NCBI GenBank assembly: GCA_965215505.1
Contig: OZ244065.1
Span: 768,001-832,000, forward strand
Source of the DNA: Capsulimonadaceae bacterium
GTDB lineage: Bacteria; Armatimonadota; Armatimonadia; Armatimonadales; Capsulimonadaceae
DNA length: 64,000 nt
Direction: 5' to 3'
Part shown: positions 53,193 through 61,321 of the stretch, one piece after another
Layout of the letters: every line of letters begins with the position of its first letter
Position numbering within the stretch: the first letter of the stretch is position 1
The notes under the pieces: model-generated
Seen by the model: the letters and a program-made list of their open reading frames with translations, nothing else
What the model was told of the DNA's origin: nothing
Databases searched by the model: none
Position numbers and translations under genes: made by a program

Positions 53193-55217
53193 ATGCCCGT
53201 ACAAAGCGCCACGCCAGTTCAGGAGGCTGACCAGGCGGCACCGCTGCCGCCGATCCGCCGCCGGTCGGTGACGCCGCGCGCCGTCCTACTGGGCGTCCTG
53301 CTGCTGCCGGTCAACGCCTATTGGGTCATCTGCATGGAGCTGATGCGGTACTCGGCCCACCCGACAACCCTCTCCCTGTTCTTCAACTGCGTGTTCCTGC
53401 TGGTCGTCCTCACACTGCTGAACGGCCTCGTCGCCCGCATACTGCCGCGCTGGGCGCTGTGTCAGGGGGAGCTGCTGCTGGTCTATTCCATGCTCGGGGT
53501 CGGCACGGCCATGTGCGGGCACGACCTGCTCCAGATCCTGCCGCCGATGCTGGCCTGGCCGGTCTACAAGACGTCCGGGGAGAACCACTGGGACCAGCTC
53601 TTCGCGGGGGCCTACCCACGCTGGCTGACGCTGACCGATTATGGCGCGGCGCGGGACTTCTTCGTCGGCAACTCCACCCTCTACACGGCCTCCCACCTGC
53701 GCGCCTGGGCGGTTCCCGCCCTGACCTGGTGCGCGTTCCTGCTGATTTTGTTGTTCGTGCTGCAATGCGTGAACGCCATCTTGAGGAAGCACTGGACGGA
53801 CTCGGAGCGGCTGACCTATCCCCTCGTTCGTTTGCCTTTGGAGATCACCGCCCAGGCGCCGGGCGGACCGGGCGGGACGCCGCTGACGCGCCAGCGCCTT
53901 TTCTGGGGCGGCTTCCTCCTGGCGGCCGTGGTGGACACGGTCAACGCCCTCAACTACTACTACCCCGCCGTGCCGTCCATCCTGACGCCGGGGAACGGGC
54001 AGAGTTTTTTGGACCTGCACCAGTTCGTCACCGCCCGGCCCTGGAACGCCATCGGCTGGACGCCGCTGTCGTTCTACCCGTTCGTCATCGGACTGGGGAT
54101 GCTGATGCCGATGGACTTTTTGTTCTCCATCTGGTTCTTCTATCTGTTCTGGAAGCTGCAATCAGTCCTCGTGGTGGGCTTCGCGCTCGACGCCGACCCG
54201 CGGATGCCATACGCCAATTATCAGTCGGGCGGAGCCTACTTCCTGTTCTGCGTGTCCAGCGTGTGGCTTGCGCGCGGCTTTTTGAAGCAGGCCTGGCGGC
54301 GGGCGGTGGGCCTGTCCAGCGCAGTAGATGACCGCGATGAGCCGCTGCGCTACGGGACGGCCTTCACGGGCATCGGCGGCGGGCTGGTGCTTTTGGTCGG
54401 CTTCTCGATCTACTTGGGGCTGGCCTGGTGGCTGGCCGTGCTGTTCTTTTTCCTTTATCTTTGCCTCGCCCTGGCGATCACGCGGATGCGCGCGGAACTC
54501 GGGACGCCGATTCACGACCTGCACAACACGGGGCCGGACGTCCTGCTGCCGGACCTGCTGGGGGCGCGGAGCCTGAGCCACCAGGACCTGGGCGTCTTCA
54601 GTCTGTTCTTCTTCTTCAACCGCGCCTACCGGTGCCAGCCGATGCCGATCCAGCTAGAGGCGTTCAAGATGGCCTCCGTTACGGGCAGCCCCACCGAGAT
54701 GGGCCGCGAGATGCGCGGCTGGTTCTGGGCCTTGCTGCTGGCGGGCGGTCTGGGGGCGCTGTGCGCGTTCTGGGCGATGCTGCACCTGACCTACCAGTTC
54801 GGGGCGCTCGCCAAGGCCGACCACGGAGCGATGCAGGCCTTCGGCAGCGAGTCGTGGAGCCGGCTCACAAGTTGGCTCCAGCAGCCCAAGCCGGCCAACC
54901 GGTCGGTCGCGTGGGCACTCGCAGTCGGCTTCCTGTTCGCGGCCTTTTTGCAGGCGATGCGGATACGCTTCTTCTGGTGGCCCTTCCACCCGCTGGCCTA
55001 CGCCGTGTCGTCGTCGTTCGAGATCAATCTGGTCTGGATGCCGCTGCTGATCGCCTGGATCGTGAAGAGCCTGATGCTGCGCTACGGCGGCGTGCGGACT
55101 TTCCAGTCGTCCCTGCCCTTCTTCTACGGCCTGATTCTGGGCCAGTTCGTCGAGGGCAGCCTGCTCAACATCTGGGGCATCATCACTGGCACGCCGACCT
55201 ACCAGTTCTGGCAATAG
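53193..55217 (+). CDS. DUF6785/DUF6784-like polytopic membrane protein (putative transporter)
   Basis: Many TM segments; ERLTYPL, RMRAELG, WWPFHPLAY, RYGG...PFFYGLILG motifs. Confidence 0.7.
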   Translation: MPVQSATPVQEADQAAPLPPIRRRSVTPRAVLLGVLLLPVNAYWVICMELMRYSAHPTTLSLFFNCVFLLVVLTLLNGLVARILPRWALCQGELLLVYSMLGVGTAMCGHDLLQILPPMLAWPVYKTSGENHWDQLFAGAYPRWLTLTDYGAARDFFVGNSTLYTASHLRAWAVPALTWCAFLLILLFVLQCVNAILRKHWTDSERLTYPLVRLPLEITAQAPGGPGGTPLTRQRLFWGGFLLAAVVDTVNALNYYYPAVPSILTPGNGQSFLDLHQFVTARPWNAIGWTPLSFYPFVIGLGMLMPMDFLFSIWFFYLFWKLQSVLVVGFALDADPRMPYANYQSGGAYFLFCVSSVWLARGFLKQAWRRAVGLSSAVDDRDEPLRYGTAFTGIGGGLVLLVGFSIYLGLAWWLAVLFFFLYLCLALAITRMRAELGTPIHDLHNTGPDVLLPDLLGARSLSHQDLGVFSLFFFFNRAYRCQPMPIQLEAFKMASVTGSPTEMGREMRGWFWALLLAGGLGALCAFWAMLHLTYQFGALAKADHGAMQAFGSESWSRLTSWLQQPKPANRSVAWALAVGFLFAAFLQAMRIRFFWWPFHPLAYAVSSSFEINLVWMPLLIAWIVKSLMLRYGGVRTFQSSLPFFYGLILGQFVEGSLLNIWGIITGTPTYQFWQ

Positions 55218-55226
55218 AAGACGCCG

Positions 55227-55502
55227 TCAGCGCACGAGGCCGAGCAGGTCCCCGACGGTGCGGTGCTTCTCGACGGCGTGACGCAGCGGCTCCTCGCCGT
55301 GGACCTCGTACTGGTTACGCCGCCCCTCCCGATGGCGGGTGATCACGCCCGCCTCCTCCAGATCCGCGACAATCCGAAACACGGCCCGCTCGGTGATCCC
55401 GACGCGCTCCGCCACATCGCGCAGCCGCAGTTCCGGGTCCTCGGCGAGACAGATCAATACATGCGAATGGTTGGTCAGGAACGTCCAGGGGGGCGTGGGC
55501 AT
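55227..55502 (-). CDS. Small winged-helix (MarR/AsnC-type HTH) transcriptional regulator
   Basis: [44 protein letters not shown] motifs. Confidence 0.88.
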   Translation of the reverse strand: MPTPPWTFLTNHSHVLICLAEDPELRLRDVAERVGITERAVFRIVADLEEAGVITRHREGRRNQYEVHGEEPLRHAVEKHRTVGDLLGLVR

Positions 55503-55520
55503 CGGTCATCTCCCGGAATA

Positions 55521-55574
55521 ACATGATTATAAATACATGAAACACTTGACATGTATTTGTTTACATGTCACAAT
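55521..55574. promoter_or_regulatory. Operator array overlapping the icd promoter
   Basis: ACATG at 55521, 55535, 55549 and 55563; inverted repeats AAATACATG-N10-CATGTATTT and TGACATGTA-N6-TACATGTCA; plus-strand TTGACA (55546)-N17-CACAAT (55569). Confidence 0.75.
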
Positions 55575-55617
55575 TGTCGCCGACGGAGTCAGTATACTCA
55601 GAAAGCGAGAAAAAGCG

Positions 55618-57081
55618 ATGTTCGATGCACCCGCACCCCCCACCCCGCGCCGGGCGATTACGGTCGCGTTCGGTGACGGGATCGGCCCGGAGATCATGGA
55701 GGCCACGCTACACGTCCTGATGGCGGCGGGGGCGCAGTTCGACATGGACATCATCGAGATCGGCGAGGGCGTTTATCGGCGCGGCTTCTCGGCGGGCATC
55801 GAGCCGTCGGCTTGGGAGTCACTGCGGAACACGAAAGTCTTCCTGAAAGCGCCGATCACCACGCCCCAGGGCGGCGGCTTCAAGAGCCTGAACGTCACCA
55901 TCCGCAAGACGCTGGGCCTCTACGCCAATGTCCGCCCGTGCGTTGCCTACGCGCCGTTTGTCCAGACAAGGCACCCGGCGATGGATCTGGTCATCGTGCG
56001 GGAGAACGAGGAAGACCTGTATGCGGGCATTGAACACCGGCAGACCGACGAGGTGATGCAGTGCCTGAAGCTCATCACCCGGCCCGGCTGTGAGAAGATC
56101 GTGCGCCATGCCTTCGAGTACGCGCATCGGCACGGGCGCGGCAAGGTCACCTGCATGACCAAAGACAACATCATGAAGATGACCGACGGGCTGTTCCATC
56201 AGGTCTTCGACGAGATCGGGGCGGAGTATCCCGGCATCGAGCGCGAACACATGATCATTGACATCGGGGCGGCCCGGATGGCGGACACCCCGGAGGTCTT
56301 CGACGTGGTCGTCACGCCCAACCTTTACGGCGACATCCTCTCGGACATCGCCGCCCAGGTCGCCGGCTCGGTGGGGCTTGCGGGTTCAGCCAACATCGGC
56401 GAGCGGGTGGCGATGTTCGAGGCGATCCACGGGTCGGCCCCGGCAATCGCGGGCCAGGACATCGCAAACCCCTCCGGCCTGCTGCTGGCCGCCGTGCAGA
56501 TGCTGGTCCACATCGGGCAGCCCGACGCCGCCGCGCGGGTGCATAACGCCTGGCTCTGCGCCTTGGAGGAGGGCGTCCATACCGCCGACATCTACGCCGA
56601 AGGAGTCAGCGCGCGGCGTGTCGGGACGCGGGAGTTTGCCGAGGCGGTCATCACCCGACTGGGCCACACGCCGGGTGTCCTCAAAGCCGTCCGGTATGAG
56701 GCCGCACCGGAAACTCCTCCCGTCGCCTTTCACTCACGGCCCGCCCCGACTCGGAAGGATTTAATCGGCGTGGACGTGTTCCTGCACTGGCGGGACGGCA
56801 GCCCGGACCAGCTCGCCCGCGCATTGGAATCGTCAGGCAGCGACGACTTGGCGCTCACCATGATCACCAACCGCGGCGTCAAGGTCTGGCCGGGTGGGAT
56901 GCCGGAGACGTTCTGCACGGACCACTGGCGCTGCCGGTTTATGTCCCCCGAGCCGATCCGCCACGCGCAGATCATCGGCCTGCTCGGGCGGATCGAGGCT
57001 GCGGGTCTGGACTTTATCAAGTGCGAGAACCTGTGCAACTTCGACGGCAAGCCGGGCTTCGCGCTGGGGCAGGGGCAATGA
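55618..57081 (+). CDS. icd: NADP-dependent isocitrate dehydrogenase (type with C-terminal extension)
   Basis: GDGIGPEI, KAPITTPQGGGFKSLNVTIRK, RENEEDLY, NLYGDILSD, EAIHGSAP, FCTDHWRCRF motifs. Confidence 0.95.
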   Translation: MFDAPAPPTPRRAITVAFGDGIGPEIMEATLHVLMAAGAQFDMDIIEIGEGVYRRGFSAGIEPSAWESLRNTKVFLKAPITTPQGGGFKSLNVTIRKTLGLYANVRPCVAYAPFVQTRHPAMDLVIVRENEEDLYAGIEHRQTDEVMQCLKLITRPGCEKIVRHAFEYAHRHGRGKVTCMTKDNIMKMTDGLFHQVFDEIGAEYPGIEREHMIIDIGAARMADTPEVFDVVVTPNLYGDILSDIAAQVAGSVGLAGSANIGERVAMFEAIHGSAPAIAGQDIANPSGLLLAAVQMLVHIGQPDAAARVHNAWLCALEEGVHTADIYAEGVSARRVGTREFAEAVITRLGHTPGVLKAVRYEAAPETPPVAFHSRPAPTRKDLIGVDVFLHWRDGSPDQLARALESSGSDDLALTMITNRGVKVWPGGMPETFCTDHWRCRFMSPEPIRHAQIIGLLGRIEAAGLDFIKCENLCNFDGKPGFALGQGQ

Positions 57082-57120
57082 TGGTTCTTCCAAGGGCCTG
57101 CAACGGGGTACAATAACCGC

Positions 57121-59910
57121 ATGGAAAAAGAGGAAATTAAGGGCCGGGACGAGGGCGGGGGCGAACTGGCGCGGGACGTGCGGCTGCTGGGCAATGCCCT
57201 CGGTGATGTGCTGCGGGAGCAGGGCGGTGAGGCGCTGCTTCAGACCGTCGAACGTATCCGGGCGCTGACCAAAGAAGCGCGCAGCCGTCAGGGGCAGGAC
57301 TCCGCCGAAGCCGAGCTAGACGCGCTGTTCGGCGGGATGGAGTTCTGGGAGGCCCTGCCGGTCCTGAAGGCGTTCACCACCTATTTCCAACTCGTCAATC
57401 TGGCCGAGCAAAAGGAGATCGTGCGGGTCAACCGGCGGCGGGCCTTCGAGGCGGGCGACCAGCCCCGGCCCGAATCGGTGCGGGACGCCGTGAAGACCCT
57501 GCGCGAGTCGGGCGTGACGGCGGACGAGATGCGCGCCCTGGTCGCCTCCCTCTCGATCCAGCTCGTTTTCACTGCCCACCCCACCGAGGCCAAGCGGCGG
57601 AGCGTCCAGGAGAAGCTGCACCGGCTTTCGGACTATCTGGGCCGTCTGGAAGAGCCGCTGCTTTCGCGGAGCGAGCAGGAGCGGCTGGAGATGGATGTCG
57701 CCGCTGAGACCGAGATATTGTGGCAGACCGACGAGGTCCGCCAGCGCCGCCTGTCCGTGCTGGACGAGGCCCGGAACATCCTGTTCTACTTCGGCGAGAC
57801 TCTGTTCCATGTGACGCCGCGCCTGTACGCCGATCTCGAAAAGGCCCTGGCGCAGTGGTATCCCGGTGAGTCGTTCGACATCCCCGTCTTCCTCGAATTC
57901 GGGTCTTGGGTGGGCGGCGACCGCGATGGCAACCCGACGATCACGCTGGCGCACACTGCCGAAGTGCTGCGGCTGCACCGCAGCCAGGTCCTCGCGCTTT
58001 ACATCCCCGCCGTGCGGAGCCTGAGCGACCGCCTGAGCCAGTCCCTCCACTATGTCGGCGTCTCGGAGGCGCTGGAACGCTCGCTGGAACAGGACGCCGA
58101 GCGGCTGCCGCAGGTGGTGACCGAGGCGGCGGGGCGCAGCCCGACGGAGCCGTACCGGCGCAAGTGTGAGTTCGTCTGGGAGCGCCTGCGGCGGACGCAG
58201 GCCGGGGACGAGGGCGGGTACACGTCGGCCTCGGAGTTCATGGCCGACCTGGAAACGATCCGCGAGTCGCTGGAAGGAAACGGCGGCCACTACGCCGCCC
58301 GGCGCGCTCTCGCCCCGCTGATCGCCCAGGTGCGCCTGTTCGGCTTCCACCTGGCCCGGCTGGACATCCGGGAACACAAGGAAAAATATCTGGGCGCATT
58401 GGCCGCCGTGCTTGCCGATCAGGGGGTGGACTGGGGAAGACTGACCGAGGCCGAAAAAGTCGCCCTGCTGGAGCGGGAGATCGGCGGGCGTCGGCCCCTG
58501 GTCACCGCCCGGCTTGAGTTCGACGAAGAGACGAACAAGACATTGGGCCTGTTCCGGCTCGTCTCCGACAAGATCGAGGCGCTAGGGCCGGAAGCGGTCG
58601 GCTCGTTCATCCTGTCCATGGCCTCGGGCGTGTCCGACGTGCTGGCCGTGCTGCTTCTGGCGAAGGAGGCCCGGCTGGCGGACCTGCAAGCGGACAGCGG
58701 CTGGTCGCGTGTAGATGTCGTGCCGCTGTTCGAGACGATCGAGGACCTGGAGAACGCGCCCGACATCCTGGACACTTTGCTGTCCAACCCGCTCTACCGG
58801 CGCAACGTGTCCCTGCGCGGGGACAGCCAGGAGGTCATGGTCGGCTACTCGGACAGCAACAAGGACGGCGGGTATCTGACCGCCAACTGGAAGCTGTATG
58901 TCGGGCAGGCGCGGCTTGCCGCCGTCGCGCGGCGTCACGGCGTCACCCTGCGCCTGTTCCACGGGCGCGGCGGGGCGGTCGGGCGCGGGGGAGGCCCGGC
59001 GGGCAAGGCGATCCTGGCCCAGCCGCCGGGCAGCGTCCGAGGCCGGCTGAAGATCACCGAGCAGGGCGAGGTCATCGCGGCCCGCTACTTCGACCAGGAG
59101 ATCGCCTACCGGAACCTGGAACAGATCACCCACGCCGTGCTGATGGCGAGCGCGGAACACGGCTCGCGGACCGACGAGACGCCGCCCGCGTGGGCGGAGG
59201 CGATGGACGAGGTTTCGGACGCGGCCTTCCGCGCCTACCGCGCCCTGGTCTACGACGACCCGCATTTTGTCCGGTTCTTCCAGGAGGCGACCCCGGTGGG
59301 CGAACTAGCCCAGCTCAACATCGGCTCGCGCCCGCCCAAGCGGACCGCCTCGGACCGCATCGAGGACCTGCGCGCGATCCCCTGGGTCTTCTCCTGGATG
59401 CAGTCCCGGTACACCCTGCCGGGATGGTACGGCGTTGGGACCGCACTCGCGGGCTACGCCGACCAGTCCCCGGAACACCTGACGCGCCTGCGGGAGATGT
59501 ACCGGCGCTGGCCCTTCTTCGCGACCATGCTGGACAATGCCCAGATGTCGCTCGCCAAGGCCGACATGGACATCGCCGCCCGCTATGCACGCCTGGTCAC
59601 GGACCAGGCGATGGCGCAGCGCATCTACGGCACCATCGCCGGGGAGTTCCAGCGTTCCGTCGCCGTCATCTGCCGTATCACCGAGCGGGAGGCGCTGCTG
59701 GACAACCAACCCATCCTGCAAAAGTCCATTCGCCTCCGCAATCCCTATGTGGACCCCCTGAGCTATTTGCAAGTGGAACTGCTGCGCCGCCTGCGCGCCC
59801 TGCCGCCGGAGGGCGACTCGGAGGACCTGAAAGCCCAGCGCCGCGACCTGCGCGCCGCCGTACTGCTGTCAATCAACGGGGTGGCGGCGGGGGTGAAGAA
59901 CACTGGATGA
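57121..59910 (+). CDS. ppc: Phosphoenolpyruvate carboxylase
   Basis: VFTAHPTE, GGDRDGNP, GYSDSNKDGG, FHGRGGAVGRGG, LRAIPW, RNPYVDPL, C-terminal KNTG. Confidence 0.97.
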   Translation: MEKEEIKGRDEGGGELARDVRLLGNALGDVLREQGGEALLQTVERIRALTKEARSRQGQDSAEAELDALFGGMEFWEALPVLKAFTTYFQLVNLAEQKEIVRVNRRRAFEAGDQPRPESVRDAVKTLRESGVTADEMRALVASLSIQLVFTAHPTEAKRRSVQEKLHRLSDYLGRLEEPLLSRSEQERLEMDVAAETEILWQTDEVRQRRLSVLDEARNILFYFGETLFHVTPRLYADLEKALAQWYPGESFDIPVFLEFGSWVGGDRDGNPTITLAHTAEVLRLHRSQVLALYIPAVRSLSDRLSQSLHYVGVSEALERSLEQDAERLPQVVTEAAGRSPTEPYRRKCEFVWERLRRTQAGDEGGYTSASEFMADLETIRESLEGNGGHYAARRALAPLIAQVRLFGFHLARLDIREHKEKYLGALAAVLADQGVDWGRLTEAEKVALLEREIGGRRPLVTARLEFDEETNKTLGLFRLVSDKIEALGPEAVGSFILSMASGVSDVLAVLLLAKEARLADLQADSGWSRVDVVPLFETIEDLENAPDILDTLLSNPLYRRNVSLRGDSQEVMVGYSDSNKDGGYLTANWKLYVGQARLAAVARRHGVTLRLFHGRGGAVGRGGGPAGKAILAQPPGSVRGRLKITEQGEVIAARYFDQEIAYRNLEQITHAVLMASAEHGSRTDETPPAWAEAMDEVSDAAFRAYRALVYDDPHFVRFFQEATPVGELAQLNIGSRPPKRTASDRIEDLRAIPWVFSWMQSRYTLPGWYGVGTALAGYADQSPEHLTRLREMYRRWPFFATMLDNAQMSLAKADMDIAARYARLVTDQAMAQRIYGTIAGEFQRSVAVICRITEREALLDNQPILQKSIRLRNPYVDPLSYLQVELLRRLRALPPEGDSEDLKAQRRDLRAAVLLSINGVAAGVKNTG

Positions 59911-59917
59911 CGTAACT

Positions 59918-60397
59918 GTGGTAGAACTTGGCGTGGACCAGCAGGAGTTCATGGATGAGCTGATCCGCGCGGACATGGTCTTGGAGGCGGTCAAGTTCTA
60001 CCGGCACGTCACGGGATGCGGGTTGAACCAGGCAGTCGAAGCAATGGTCATGCGAAAGCAGCACCAGGGGGTGAGTTTTTGGGGCGACAGCCTTGCCCGT
60101 AAACGCGCTTTCGAGAGGCTGTACGCCATCAAAGACCCGGTCATCGTCATCGAGGGTTCGTGGGAGGGAGACAGTTGGGGCTGGATGGTTGTGCTGATGG
60201 CCATCACGCTCGCCCCGTCTGAGTACCACACGAGGTACACGGCGCATGGCCTCTGTGCTGTGAGGCAGTTTGAGTATCAAGTGGAAAGAGCCGCAGCCCT
60301 GGGGCGGGAACTGGCTGAGGCGGCAGGGGCACCCTTTTACCTGACGAGCGTTGAGGTAGACGATGAAGTAAGATGGTGGGACACGCAGCGGGCCTGA
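59918..60397 (+). CDS. Hypothetical protein with L7/L12-CTD-like helix motif
   Basis: LEAVKFYRHVTGCGLNQAVE followed by IEGSWEGDSWGW; 159 aa. Confidence 0.55.
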   Translation: MVELGVDQQEFMDELIRADMVLEAVKFYRHVTGCGLNQAVEAMVMRKQHQGVSFWGDSLARKRAFERLYAIKDPVIVIEGSWEGDSWGWMVVLMAITLAPSEYHTRYTAHGLCAVRQFEYQVERAAALGRELAEAAGAPFYLTSVEVDDEVRWWDTQRA

Positions 60398-60444
60398 AAG
60401 TCTCCCTACAGTCGCCTGTGCCAAAATCCCAGGCCGTTAGACAC

Positions 60445-61293
60445 TTATCCGCACTGCCACAGGAAAAGGCCCTGGGGCGTGACCGGATCGGGACTGATGA
60501 ACAGGTAGCCAGTGCCGAGGTCGCCGAAATCGGCGGCGTCAACGTCGTAAGCGGAGACAGACCCGAGCGGGGACACGCCTGGAGCATAGATGCCGCCGCG
60601 CAGGTCGGGGTCAGGGCTGGCCGGCTCGCTTGCCTCGACCCTGCCGTCCTCCTTGCTCCGGTGCCAGACAGTCACACCCGCCGCATCCGCGCTGGGGATG
60701 GGGCCGGGGAGATTATAAGCGGAGCCCAGTTGCGCCGCGAAGCGGAAGGCAGGATCGAAGCTCTCGCCCCCCTGTATCCACAGCGGGACGCTGCCGAGTT
60801 TCGCGCCATCAGCGACACTGGCTATTGTTGTTTCCGTGGCCTCATCGTGCCATCCGTAGCTGTCCCCGTTGAGGAATGCGGGTTTCAGATCCGGCGTCAC
60901 CAGATCGTCCCGCTCCTCCCAGGCCGTGACACGCATCTCGATCTGCTTGGGCGTACCCGGCGCGGGCGGCTCGGTTAGGCCGCTGCCGAGTTCGTGGGCG
61001 TCGAGGAAGACGACAGCGTTCGCGCCGCTGCCGGCGGCATAGTTCTCGCAGTCGGTTTCGTCCGGGGAATGGCCGCATTGGAAGACCAGCACCGCGCGGC
61101 CGTCCGCTCCCAGGTCGAGCCGTCCTGCGCTGTGGGTAAACGTGGCGAGGTGCGTCTGCGGGTGGCCGCATCCGAGGCAGAGCGGCCACTTGTCAGCGGG
61201 CAGCCCCCAGGGCAGACCACCGAACTTGTCGCATGACTGCGTCTGTGGTGGAGAAAGCGCGCCCAGAGCCAGCGTCGGCACGAAATATCTCAT
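60445..61293 (-). CDS. YwqG/DUF1963-like hypothetical protein
   Basis: Duplicated KFGGLP / KLGSVPLWIQ motif, WPLCxxC, DFGDLGTGYLF and C-terminal WQC; GGAGG SD. Confidence 0.65.
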   Translation of the reverse strand: MRYFVPTLALGALSPPQTQSCDKFGGLPWGLPADKWPLCLGCGHPQTHLATFTHSAGRLDLGADGRAVLVFQCGHSPDETDCENYAAGSGANAVVFLDAHELGSGLTEPPAPGTPKQIEMRVTAWEERDDLVTPDLKPAFLNGDSYGWHDEATETTIASVADGAKLGSVPLWIQGGESFDPAFRFAAQLGSAYNLPGPIPSADAAGVTVWHRSKEDGRVEASEPASPDPDLRGGIYAPGVSPLGSVSAYDVDAADFGDLGTGYLFISPDPVTPQGLFLWQCG

Positions 61294-61321
61294 GTAATCT
61301 TCCTCCCCCGACTCAAAGCCA

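Noticed and set aside
59918-60397. Ribosomal protein L7/L12 (rplL)
   Set aside because: Only a short helix motif resembles it; no N-terminal dimerisation domain and no rplJ/rpoB context.
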